NCBI GenBank assembly: GCA_036172245.1
Contig: JAYWIR010000020.1
Coordinates: 682,001 to 746,000 of the forward strand
Direction of reading: 5' to 3'
Source of the DNA: Raillietiella orientalis
Lineage: Eukaryota
DNA length: 64,000 nt
Positions 12,946-25,700 of the stretch are shown here, piece after piece. A program made the position numbers and the translations under genes. Numbering within the stretch: the stretch's first letter is position 1; each line of letters opens with the position of its first letter. The notes below the pieces were generated by a model that was given only the letters and a program-made list of their open reading frames with translations, did no database searches and had not been told where the DNA came from.

Positions 12946-15900
12946 CTTCGCTCACAAGACAGATTTTCAGCACGCAAAGTATCACTTCGATTTCCGACAA
13001 AATGCATAAATACCAGGTAATTTTTCTAAAGATACAGATTATCAATAACGATTTTTTACACTTTGAAAAACAAAAAATATGCAGCTCATATAATGGTATT
13101 GATTCCAGTTCTCAATTCGTCAATGAAGAGATTAAAACATGTTTTAAGAATAAGCACTCCATATAATTTTCTGTGTTTAGCAAATAAAGTAATTGATCCG
13201 AAATAAGAGAGATCAAGGAATTTTATCAAACAGATTATATCAAATCGATAACGAAATCAGTCTCTGGTCTGATATTATAAATTCCAAGTTAAAAAGTATT
13301 TATACAAGGTATTTTACATTTTTCAGTTGGACACTTTGTTCATGCGTTTAAACAATCTCATTTTCTTTTCGTATACATTTTTTCAGAACTCACAGGCGTA
13401 CTAAAAAAAAACTCGCAAAACTCAAGTGCACAATATCAAATTATCTAAGAAAAACTTTTCATGGAAATTCATAAAAAAGAGTGAAAAATTTATAAATCAA
13501 GTCATTTTCTTTCTTTCTTGGAAAATTAGTAGGTGTAAGTCATTTACCAATTTCTTTAAAATTAGTAGATGATACCCGCATTTAAAAAGCAACCGAAATC
13601 GATCTACTTTTAAACTGAAATAAAATCGGCGAAGTGACATAAAGTATTTATTTGTTTGCAGCTTTATGTGATGCTTTATTGTTGTTAAGAATATCATCTG
13701 ATAGAAAAAAAAAATTATATCACTGCTAAGAATTTTATTTCCATAAAAGCTAATTGACTCAAGCTATTATCAAACCGTGTTTCTCCAAAGATGTTGTTTG
13801 TACTCATTAACTTATATTAGGAGCCAGCACCGAGAATAATTCTGATATAGAGAAACAAATTGAAAACAAAAGGCAATAGTGCAGTACGTCTGCAAAAGAC
13901 ACCACAACGGAGAAGAGAAGTGACTCGGATGTCGAAAGTACTTTTTAAAATATAACTTTTGAGTAGTTTTGAACGAAGGTAGTTAGCCAGTTTCGATAAT
14001 ACTTAAATAATATCAGATAATATTTTTAGGGACAGTAAGAAGTAAGTGATATACAAGGTGAATTTGATTAAAACTGAAACTTCCAAGGTTTCATTTATGT
14101 TCAATGCCATCGAATTATTGAACTATATTACTAATCGATTCATCCTAGAAAGTTCAAACAGGTTCACAACGAGAGTACGATGAGCAAACTCTCTTGAACC
14201 AAAGGCACTTAATTTTTGCATTTTGTTTCTGAAGAAAAGACTTTAGTAGAGTGGTCAGTCTTGGTAATAGGGTCACAAAAGTCTATTACGCATGCTGACA
14301 TAAGGCGAATACTTCGACTTATAGCTTCCATTATTTTCAAAAAATTAGCTTCTAATCATTTTGATCTACTTTTCTGTTGCTTGCATTCACTCGTGCTATT
14401 GTTTGGATCTTTTTTATCACTGACAAAAGACGAGTGACTTTTTTTTTTTACACATATAACATGACGAACAGAAAATACAAGTTGGCACTGTGAGGCACAA
14501 ATTATCTCGTGCGGGAGATCCGTACTTTTGCCGCGCATGCAAATATTTAAGTTTTGATTTTGACGTTTCTATAATGATGTATCCACCAATAACTTGGTGC
14601 TATGGAATAAAATCTCATTTTGACTACTCGAAATCAGTGCATTCGAAGAAAGACAAATGTTCAATCCTTGTGGCATGTGGATCTTCCGCATTGGGATGGT
14701 TAAATTCAACCAAAAGTGTTTCCAGTATTATTTTCTTGCCGCTCAGAAGGTTTAAAACATTGTAGTTTTACTTTATAAAATATCTTTGCTTCTCAAGAGG
14801 AAAAATACATGACATTCGAATAATAAATGAAGCAATGGAGCCTATTTCTCCCAGCTGAACATTATAAAGTGACGGTTGCATTGCAATTTTTTGTTTATGT
14901 TGCTGGTGAAGCTTCTGATTCTTAATTCGTTCATCTGACTCTTGAGTCGAAACTTCGACCATTACTGATATGGAATATAAATTTCGATAGCATTCTAAAT
15001 AAAAGACATCACATAGGAAGGTAAGAATTTGACAATAACATTAAATATGAACTGTCACGAAAAGAAAATGTTTCCATTGGATAATTACGATCACATTTGA
15101 TGATGTTGCTGTGCAGCTTATTATTGTCATAGATGATTGTCATGGATCGTCATACATGGAGAATGATGGGTCGGATGAGTATGGAGAAGCTTTCTGGATC
15201 ACCGGCAAGTGGATAACGTCCAGCCAACTTGCAAGCTTAGAGAACCTGGGATTCTGAGTAGTCAGCTGTCTGCTGACGTAGGACCAAAAAATACAACTTG
15301 GCATCCGATGGTTCAGTTTTGGGTATGTCAGGATTCCTCCAGCACATTTCCTAATTATTGTGTCGACCGGAGAATCTACTTGATGTGAAGGGATCAATGG
15401 GTTCCTCAGGCAGAGACAGGCAGAAGTGATTTCTCGATACCTTTACAGGCAGAAACTGCTCAATGACAATGATGGAAATTACGACATAATTTTCGATTTC
15501 CGCTTTCATCTTTATATGAAAGAGGCGGACTTCTTCATTTGAAATAATGGGACATTCGTTAGAAAACAGCTAAGCGGAAGAAAGGGGGGGGGGTGAGTTG
15601 CCTTGAATATTGAAAGATATTCAGTCGCTATACGTTGCACTGACTGGGGAATGTGTACGCTTTCCTTTGAGAACTTCTGAGGTTTGCAATGGTCAATGCA
15701 ATGTAAACTTTCTGTTTATAAACGATTCCATGAATTTGAAGGTGATTGCACCTATAAAAAATTTGCGTGCATGGATCTTTAAAATCAAATAAGACTGGAA
15801 AAGAGTAACTGAGATTTTTTTTTTTTTTATAAAGGAAAGCTGGTGTGGCATTCCTCAAAAAGGATTCATATTAACTTTGAAGTCATGTTTTTCAGATCTT

Positions 15901-16199
15901 CGTTCAAGGTCCGAAAAATGCGCAAAGACTCTGTTCAAGAACACTCCCTCCCTTTTGATTTCGATTTATTAGTCAGAAAGATGGCCACAAACTGACATAA
16001 GTTCAACAACAACCGTCCTATTTAATTTCCAGCACTTGTCTATTGGAAACACGGTTCCCAATTTTCAACTTTTATGTTTCCTTCCTGCACATGCCTTCAC
16101 TAGTGAGAAGTATGTAGGTAAGCGAGATTTAATCTTCCATTTGTTTGCAACACTATTCTTTGCGGTTTGAAGAGCTTACGTCCACTTGAGTCGGTCTTA

Positions 16200-16520
16200 T
16201 GGAAACCATTCAAATGATCTGTACAAATCCTCAGGTCGCAGAAATTAGGATCCGTTAAATAGTGGCAGGAGGTATCGTTGTTTAGATTTCAAGAACTGAG
16301 GGAAGGCAACTCATACTTCTGTTGGGATTACACGGTCAGCAAACTTAAGCATGCAACAGATCACCATCCTTCATTCCGAAATGTTGTGAAGAGAAACGGC
16401 CAAATGCATCACAGTGCGTTCGTTACAGCGTTTGCTGAATTCTCTGGAAAACTTTCCCCCGTCAACGAAACGGGAAAAGACAGGAACTTCATTTCGTTCC
16501 CATGGAGCGTTACAGATCGA
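16200..16520 (-). mobile_element. Possible highly decayed non-LTR (CR1/L2/Jockey-like) reverse transcriptase remnant
   Basis: Minus-strand fragments RFVDGES, WPFLFTTFRNE, MLKFADRV and DLRI..D.LN occur in the order expected for LINE RT motifs (VNGE, GPLLF..YIND, KFADD, DLGV), with frameshifts and stops. By-eye similarity only. Confidence 0.25.
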
Positions 16521-18930
16521 TAGCCTTTTATTCTAAGATATGAGCATACGTGATTCTAAAGATGAATCCCTGCTCTTCCGATGTTACTATTTCCAGTCTG
16601 AAATTTGCAATCTTTAATGTCGAAGAATCTATTCGTAAAGCGTAAGTCATGCAAATCTATAACTGAGTCGTGCATCTCTGTAAACAGGAGAGAGAGCATC
16701 ATTATGGGATAGTTCGCGCATTAAACATCATCACCGTTGCGACTAATGTTCCTGATGACAGTCCTTTGTCTTTGATTTGATTTCAGTGTATTCAAAACTT
16801 TAAAGTCACAAACTGCTTTTTGTGACATTAGTGTTTACCTCAAAGCTTTTTCAAAAATGCACTTTTTCCTACAAGTCATTTTTAATGGATCTCTTAAATT
16901 TTGATTCTTCTGTTGCTGCCATAACTGGACAATCGTCGCCTTATGTTGCACAAGGAAGCACCGTCAGTCTTGCTGAACCGATCCTTGTAGTGATAACGCT
17001 CCTGTGATCTGCAACACCTTTGTGTCTTTCCTCCCACAAGAGTTAGCTTCTGCTCCAAGTTGCTGCTGGATCCATATGCGGCTGCAGAACTTGAAAATTC
17101 GAATGTTTGTCAAAACAAGCAAAAACACGAAATGCCCCGAGTATATGTGGAATGGTCGGCGCAGTGTAAGAATTTTTCATTTTGTAGAATCACGCAAGAC
17201 ATGAGACAAGCAACCGTGACGTCATATGGAGAAACACGAGCGTTACATCGAGCTATGCTGTTAGTGGAGCAAAGAATCAAAGGAAATTCGCAATACATCA
17301 AGATCTAGCCGAGGTCCCTGTGGAAGTGGAGAATTGCAGAAATGTTTCCTTTTGGAAACTATCATTTCTATTATCAACTATTATTTCTTTTTGAAACAGA
17401 CGGATAATTCAAATCACCTTGCAAAAATTCAAATAATCTTTTTATTATAGCAGCGGGAATTCTGGAATTCCTTGATGAAATCTCAGCATCAGGATCAGGA
17501 ATGGGAAGAGCTACTGCGACACAGCAAAGCCTAAATGAAGTTCTCCATGATTTCCTCAGGGTGTTTTCGCGTACTGCTTACAGATGTTCTGTACAAACAT
17601 TCGCTTAGATAATGTTCACACATGACTTTTCGCATCATTATCTAGTCGATGCCTCAGAATATTTTCCGGCAATCTCGGGGTGGAGGGAATGCTAAAGCAT
17701 CACCCTCTTTCATAATAAAAAGAAACTTACGGGCTGACACCTCATCCTTATACTTCAGCAGTGGTGTTATGCTGTGGATTTGGTTGAATTCAGCAACGAG
17801 CGAGACGTTCTCTTAGCCTGCGTAATGGATCTCCAGATTTGGTTCACCGTTTCCTTATTAATGGCACATTCTCGAGTATTTTCAGAGCAGATGCCAGCAG
17901 AAGCTGACGAAGAAAAGCTTTCAATATTCGGTAAGCTCTAAACTAATGAAACTTCGATAAAACTTTCTTTAATCCCCAAAAAGAATCCACAGGAAAGCAA
18001 CAAGAAAAGTAGTTCGCTAATCAGTAACTCGATAGTTCCCTCAGTGAACTTTGTTTGCTTCAGTTATGAAAAAAAAAAAAAAAAAGTATGTCGTTGTTCT
18101 TGTCTCCTTGCTCGTGTTCATGCCTGATCGGATTAATTACATAAATAAGCTCGAAAGCAGTATTGTTCGACTGAATAATATAATATTCAGAAGGAGCAAT
18201 CTCATACTTATTTCTGGATGTCAGTACATCGCTTGAACACATTTTGCACATTTAATTGGAAATGCATCTCTGGACCTCAACATTCTCTGCATCGCGAAGC
18301 CAATCGAATTTGCCTGTTATGAAACATATCTTAATAGATTCGCATCAATGCCTGTATCATTTATCAAAAGTATATTTAAGAAATTTTGGACGGAATCATT
18401 TAAGCTTGCGCTAAACGATGTAATACACCTTTATCACTTCGCGTAACTCTGCTCCATTTCCCATGAGGCTGCGAACTGCAAAACCTCAGAGACCTTAGAG
18501 ATTTTGGGTAACACGAACGATAATCCAGTAAGGCACACTGAGGATCTCTGAGCAGCTGCATACTTCTCAGTTGAGAATCCCTAACACTTCTTTTAGATCA
18601 CTGTTCAGAGACGGTAGCGATTCTTCTGGGCCAGCATTCGCACACTCACTTCTGATAACGAAAACGAATGTCGCTCCAGTTTTGGGATAAATTCGGGAAC
18701 AATTACTTGCAGTGAATCCAGGTTCCCTCAAAGCAAAGATCGAAAAGCCCTCAGGTTTTTTCAGCCGCAGCAACTGAGAATCCCTCGGAGTTCAAAGTGT
18801 AACGAATGATGACCGATAAAAAATCATATCAGGTTTGGCGAAGTTCTGCTAGGAATCGGTCGTGTTATCTAATTTTGCAATCTTCTTCGTTCTCGTTGAG
18901 AACTGCATCGATGGTACGATAGTGGTTGCA

Positions 18931-18933
<3 letters not shown>

Positions 18934-18968
<35 letters not shown>
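18934..18968. repeat. (TC)n microsatellite, about 17 units
   Basis: Pure tctctc... tract visible in the sequence. Confidence 0.95.
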
Positions 18969-18970
<2 letters not shown>

Positions 18971-21900
18971 TTGGATCTTGCGAATCCCTAATTATGTGGG
19001 TCCCAGAGCGCGTAAGTCCCAAGTGAAAACAAAGCGAGTCTTCTCAGCTCCAAACATTCTCAATTGCAATCTCGTGTCATTTTGCTTGATTTTTGCATTC
19101 CTCTGCCATCTAATTTTATTGGACCTTAAAATCCAATAGACTTCCGCCATCTATTCTATCACGTGGTTGTTGCAGTTTTCCAAAAGTATGGTTTGTTACG
19201 GATCAATGACTACACTCAATCTTCAGGATCGGGAGAAATGCTTTCACTTCCAAGAGAAGTGTGTTGGCACCTTCAGTGGTCGATAAACAGATGGTGGCAA
19301 TGATTTTCAAGCAGGATGCTGAGAAGAATTCCAATTCCACTCGGCATTCATTTCTTCATCGGAGTAGCCGTATACTTTCAAGTGATCTCAAGCAACTTCA
19401 CTGAAGCCGTTCGAAGCAGTTTCCGAACCGCACACGCAAGGAGGAATTATTGATGCAATTATTATAAAATAAATAGAATTCAACAGAACATCCATCAGAA
19501 ACTCATTGATCTCGTGGTTTCATAATTAGGGTATCAAAGTGCAATGGTTTTTCTGTGCTTTCAGCGTCGCAAACTCTACGATTTGTGAATTCGGCATGCT
19601 TGCAAGCTGTCATTGCTCAGTTTAAAAATGTTTCTTATCTTGAATGCTCATATCTCTGGTTAGAACACATTTTGAAATCCTGTGATGTATAGTAGCCAAA
19701 AAAAAAAAAAAAAATGAAGGCATCATCGTTTGTTAACAAAAGCAGAGTTTTCGAGAAATCATTTAGAAGCAATATCTTGCGCATATCTTCTCCTATTCTT
19801 TCATGAGGTTACGAGCAAATGTATGCTCCTTATTCCATTTCTTCATTACTATCACAATTTTTGCGAGTTACTGACTCTTCATGGGAACTGATCCATGATG
19901 GTAGGACTCGGGTGAATGCGTATTAAGTTGCGCAACTGCCTGAGGATAAACGCGGTAACTTTTATAATATACTCCACCTAATTTTTATTCGGGTTGATCC
20001 CACCTCGATTCATTGGAAGCAGTTAACATACTGATAGAAGTCTATGAATTTAAGGAGTCGATACTCCTTGCCATAGCAAGGTATTGTCTTAGAGGAGAAT
20101 TGCTGCAAAAACCTGAAACTGCTCGAAAATACGAAAATTCAAAAGAGGAAGAGAAGAAGAAAAAAAGGCATGGGAAAAGATTGTGCTCGTCTGTGACTTG
20201 TTGTCATCATTATTTGCTAATAGGAACTATTCTTTTCTTGTGGGAAAGGAAGAATAGAGATGCGAGAGATGGGTGCCTGCATTGAGAATGGGTGGTTCTT
20301 GGAAACCGGCTTAAAAATACGGGTAGTTCACACAAGCATTTGTCTAAGGAAATGAAAGGAAGACTCGAAAATTCCAAATATTTTAGATACTGTGAAACGA
20401 GCGAATCAGCCTTATCAGCAGCAAAAAATTATTTCTATCAGATAATCAAAACTATGACATATGCACATAACAATTTAAGATAGAAACATTAACTTCTAGT
20501 AGAAAACATTCCTCAATCTTTTCGTTTTGAAACCAACCTTCTCTGAATTCAATGGGAAGCATTTGATCCAAAATCAACGTCTGGTTTCGTCAAAATGAGT
20601 CCTACGCTTTGATTTTAAGAAAAATTTATATGCATCGTACATGCTTGGGGTATATAAAAGCATGTCCTTCATGGCATGTCTTGAGACTTTTTAGGACTGC
20701 TAATCAAGAGATTCATTGACCACGTTTCATCAAACGGTTGATTGCATCCTTATTCCTGTTATTTTCATCTGATTCCTGCACTAACTTACTAATGAGTACC
20801 GCATTCGAATCGAAAACAAATCTGAACAGATCTAAATGAGGGAAAGCTTTGGTTATTCGTAGAGAAAACTCTTTCGAATCCTTTGTTCCCAGAAATATAA
20901 AGTTCCTTGTGGATCGGTGATCTAAGTGCACAATGTAATTAAAAGGAAAATGTTTTAGGGCTGGAAAGAAGAGCATAACGAGTCGGTTACAGATAGGAAA
21001 CAGGACTCGCTTTCGGACAGATTTTCTCTTCTTTGAGCTGGGCAAAATCTCATTCGGATAAATGTGCGGGTTCTAAGACGTTCAAAACACCATCTCTTTC
21101 ACGGTATACCGGATAGAGTTCTTTGCACTGCACTGGAAGAGTAGAAGAATCCTATTTGGATCTAGTTGCTGATTTTAGCTACTCAATAATTCGAAGACAT
21201 TTTGATATCTTGTTAAGGTACATGAATAATTATGATGATTCAAATTACCTTTTTCAAGCAAGAAATTTTTTGTCTGCCTTCATTATAATCACAAGAACTA
21301 AAGAAGCCCAATTTTGGTTGGTAAGTTCAGAAAGAAGGAATGTTGCTTTTTGTGATTAACGTTATATGATTTATACGACGAGCTGAAAGAGAAACGGAAA
21401 ATTCGCTCATTTACTTCACGAAAGTGAGTTTGATGTCTGATTTGCAGATGAAATACGTTTCAGGTGCTCTTGTAAAGAAGTCTGTCGTGAACAGCAGCTA
21501 AGAGCTTGGAAAGGAACTGTTAGTCTGCACAAATCCAGATCGTGAAATCGATACAAGACACACACAAAAAAATTTGTATGGATGAATTATGGTTGAAAAT
21601 GGAGAGCTCGAAGTGGAACTCTTGAGCTTTTCGACAAGAAACTTATCCCTTCCGTCCCAAATAAATCCATCTACCGAGAGCATTTGACTAGTCTGGTGAT
21701 AAGAACGAAGCCTGCGTTTGTCACATCAGAAAAAAAATACGATTCCGAAAATTCCCAATATTCGATCGAAAATACTGGAAACTTGGGTGGTTTGTTCTTT
21801 TTTTACTGCTTTTCGAATGAACCTGGTTACTTGAGAACACCGTTTCACACTTCAGGACCATCGGATCAGTGTCTTCTGTATTTGTGTTCCTTTCTGTTTC

Positions 21901-22701
21901 CACAGCAATACGAGGGGCCTTCTTTGTAGGTTCATTGGAGAGTGGCAGTGGGGCACACATGCAATGTGCCTTCTCTAATCACCGTTCTCCTAGTCTCACG
22001 ATCTTCGATTAAAAGATTAAAAGTGAACGGATTTATGTGATCATAGACGTACATAAAGAAGCATCGTAACATTAGGGATCTTATGTAATCTTCATCGAAA
22101 GTATGATTATCAAATAATTCAGCATTAATGACCAAAATCGTATGGCAAGCATCTACTCGCAAGCAAGCATTAAGTACACCTTGAGGGTACTTTTATTCGA
22201 ATTCGATTTTTGTTTTGTTTGTTCTGCCCGTGTGAGATACTTGCACTGCTATCTGCCCGCCATTTTTTTCTCGTTACACTGCCCATTTCAAAGGGTTGAA
22301 TCCTAATTTCTGCAACCCTGTTCTCCCTCCTATGTCCTGACCATCAGTCGCCAATGTGGGCACTTTCGTTTCTTATTTTCTTTAGAGAGCTTCTTCCACA
22401 GTTTCTTTCTTTCTTTCTTCCTTGAAGATTGTTTTGTAATCAATAACAAATGCTTATTGAACCGAAAATAGCATCGATGCTCACTTCATTTCGGCTTGCG
22501 CACTTTCAAGTTGGGCAGCATCTGGGGCCAAGCTGAATTTTTGACCACATGTGTAAGCAGCCCGACGTGTGCCGACGTGTGCACGACGGAGCGAGACGAA
22601 GCGAACGTTCCATGGGAACGAAAAAGTCGATGATTCATATTCACATTGATTTTATCATCATGTTGACTGTATGATTTTGGAGTACACAAAATGTTTTAAA
22701 G

Positions 22702-25700
22702 AAAGAAGAAAATGCTTCGACGATATCGGATGTGTGGAAATCACGAGAGAATGGTTCCATCCTTTCAAACGACCACTTAACTTTCTGCCAGAAGATCGAA
22801 ATGTCGTAAACACGAGCATCACGATGCATAGGAAACGCAAGAGTGCATTTTCTGTGAATTTAAAGAACCTCTCCACGTTTTTTGATTCTGATTTTGACCC
22901 CGAAGCATCGGTCACCATTCTTATTCACGGCTTCTTGGACAGTCCTTCTTCCTCCTGGTTTCAGGTATCCAGGAAGGAAAAACAACCTCATATGCTCATT
23001 TCTTTCTTTCTTTTAGGATTTACTCAATGAACTATTAGAAGATGAAAATCTAGCTGTTTTCATGGTAGACTGGAGTAAAGGAGCTTCTCCTTCGGCAACT
23101 TTTTGGTACACTCAAGCTTGTGGAAACGCCAGATTGGTTGCATTAGAAATCAGCTACCTCATCCGTTTTCTTCAGGTGCAAGGACTCTTTCAGACTTTCT
23201 GTTTGATTTTCTACTCTATTTATTCCAGAAAGAATACGGGGTTACCGCTTCCAGTATTCATATTATTGGCCACAGTCTGGGATCCCATATTGCATCATAC
23301 GTGGGATATGACGTGAAAGGCATCAAACGGATAACAGGCTTAGATCCTGCAGGCATCGGATTTGCAGGAATGCATCCTCTCGTGCGCTTGGATCCTTCAG
23401 ACGCTTTGCTCGTTGATGTCATCCACACAGACGGAAACAGTAATTTGATTCCGACTTCGGCCTGGACTTACTCACCACTGATTCCAGAATTTGGCACTTT
23501 AGATTCATTCGGGCATGCTGATTTTTATCCCAATGGCGGATTCAGTCAGCCAGGATGCCCCTTCCTGGAGTTGAAAGTCATCATTCCTGATTTTTTGGTG
23601 CAGCAATTTGTGTCTACTGTCATGTGCAGCCACTTGAGGTCCCTTGATCTGTACATAGAGTCGATAAATAGCAAAACCTGTCAATTTTATGCCTTCCGCT
23701 GTCACTCTTGGAGTGCCTTCTATACAGTGAGTGGAAATAATTATGATCTCATGCGTGCTTTCGTCTTACAACATGAAATGCTTGTTCTTTTCGGTAGGCG
23801 AGTGTGCTCGGTTAAACCAGTGGTACTCAACCTTTCTTCTTCTCGGGCCACTTACAAGAGTTTGCCACATTATGCGCGCTGTATATAGTACGTTACACAT
23901 CTATAATACAATCGTGTAAATACATTAATATACTTTTATTAGTTCTATAAAATTTTAACACAACGTGATTTTTTTTTTTTTTTTTGCATTCATACATATA
24001 TTATGCAAAAAAAAAAAATGAAGAATGGGTGGATGTAAACAAATGCTTTTTCGATTGTGGTGAGTTGAGCACAGGCTGTGTATTTCCGCGTACCAACACT
24101 TGAAATTACAGGAAACGAGTGTACGCAACCACGTCGTTGCACGAAATCACGAAGCGACACGCCGCGAGAGGTGCTCGCTGTGCATATGGTTTCCTGCCGA
24201 CCGCTCATGGTGTGCCTTTTATAAAAAAAAAAAGCACCTCCCGGCCACCAGAAGTCTTTTTTTTAAAAAAAAAAAAAATAATTAATGGCTATGAATGATA
24301 CGGACCGCACGTGGAAGCTTGGCGGGCCGTGGATTGAGTACCGCTGGGTTAAACGAAGCATGGTTTTGAGTATCTGGGAGATCGAGGAATCGAATGCTGA
24401 TGTAAATTCTTAAACATTACTTATTAAATAAATATTAGGATAGATAGTTTGAAGAGGAAAACGAATTCACCCTTATAATTCCAAGAGTCTATCTTTTGCA
24501 TCTGCCATAAGAATCCCAGGCATGGGCAGTTTAACAGGAAGGGCTGTTGCTCAATGTTTATTTTGTCTTATTCTTCACATGACAATAGAATTTGTTAAAG
24601 GAAAACCGAAAATTGATTTCTTTCGATGCTTACACTTTGCCTTTCAGCGCTCATATGCAAAGAACTGACGCAAAATCCAAGCATTAAATAGGACATTTCT
24701 TAACCTCTGCTCACTACACTTACTAACAGGAAAAGGAACGATAAGGAATGTGAAGTTGCGTTTCTTCCGCGCTGAATAGCAACAAAAAGCAGGGGTACAG
24801 ATGATGAAATATTTTGTGGTGTATAAGCAGCATTGTACGTTGCCATTGCCAAACGATACACACACCTTGTTTTCGTAACACGCCTAGGAGAAAATTGTTG
24901 CCTCACAATTTTCGTAATTATAAGATATTTATACTTCTATACTGATTTATCCAATTCTAGTATGACAAATCCATTACGCCTTGGAAGGTATTGGTCGTTA
25001 AAATAAAAAGTTATCACATGCTGAATAGATTTATAAATTACTTATATCAAGATCATCTCTGAATCCTAAGGCGGCTTTCTTTTCGTAAATTTGAAATTTA
25101 ACGGTAACTCTTCAGAATGCCGGAAGATTTGTTTTTTGTTTTAATTTTTAATTTGTTTTTTGTTTTTAAAGTCAGCAGTCTCTTTAACTTTTCTGTCATG
25201 AATAGATTTCCAAATTACGCTACTGAAACAAGTTATGAAGAAACATTATATTTCGTGAAGCAACTTATTAGAATTATTTTTCATATTTCACTTTCAGTAG
25301 GATGGCAAAGTTTATTTTCCAGTCAGTAGCTTCAATAGAACTTGGCACTTTTTCACTTCTAAAATTGTACAAATATTAGCTTTGTACTAAATACATTTCT
25401 CAAAATGTGTTTTGGAAACTTTGAACATTATCTCACAAACCATTGTATTCAGAGAAAAATGGAGACTACAGGGTAAAGGAAAATTCCCAGTGGCCTTAAA
25501 AAGTTGAAAATTTACTTCAGTCTGTTGACTGAAGCAGATTCCCAAGTCTTACTATTACAAGGTGTCTTTTATCGAAACATCTCGTCTTAAAAAATAAGCG
25601 TCTTTAATTTTTCATGATTCATTCCATTAGAATCATTCACATCATTTACAAACGTGATGTAAATACTCATTATACAGGATTATTATATTTGTGAATCATG

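Noticed and set aside
20713..21045. 110-aa ORF with ALKHF..IVHLDHRS resembling Ty3/gypsy RNase H, plus YEGP at ~21910
   Set aside because: The two motifs are on opposite strands and no RT, integrase or LTR is evident.
22965..23016. Lipase intron starting GTATCC as a possible U12-type intron
   Set aside because: The donor continues AGG rather than TT, and there is no TCCTTAAC branch site. It looks like an ordinary U2 intron.
23798..23817. GECAR-like segment suggesting the MITE disrupts a lipase exon
   Set aside because: The phase does not fit the upstream donor. The true next exon (GSCY..TMG..PPFC) is in phase at 26848, so the MITE is intronic.
25075..25120. Hammerhead-like CTGAAGA...GAAA on the minus strand
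   Set aside because: Stem II and the flanking stems do not pair properly.
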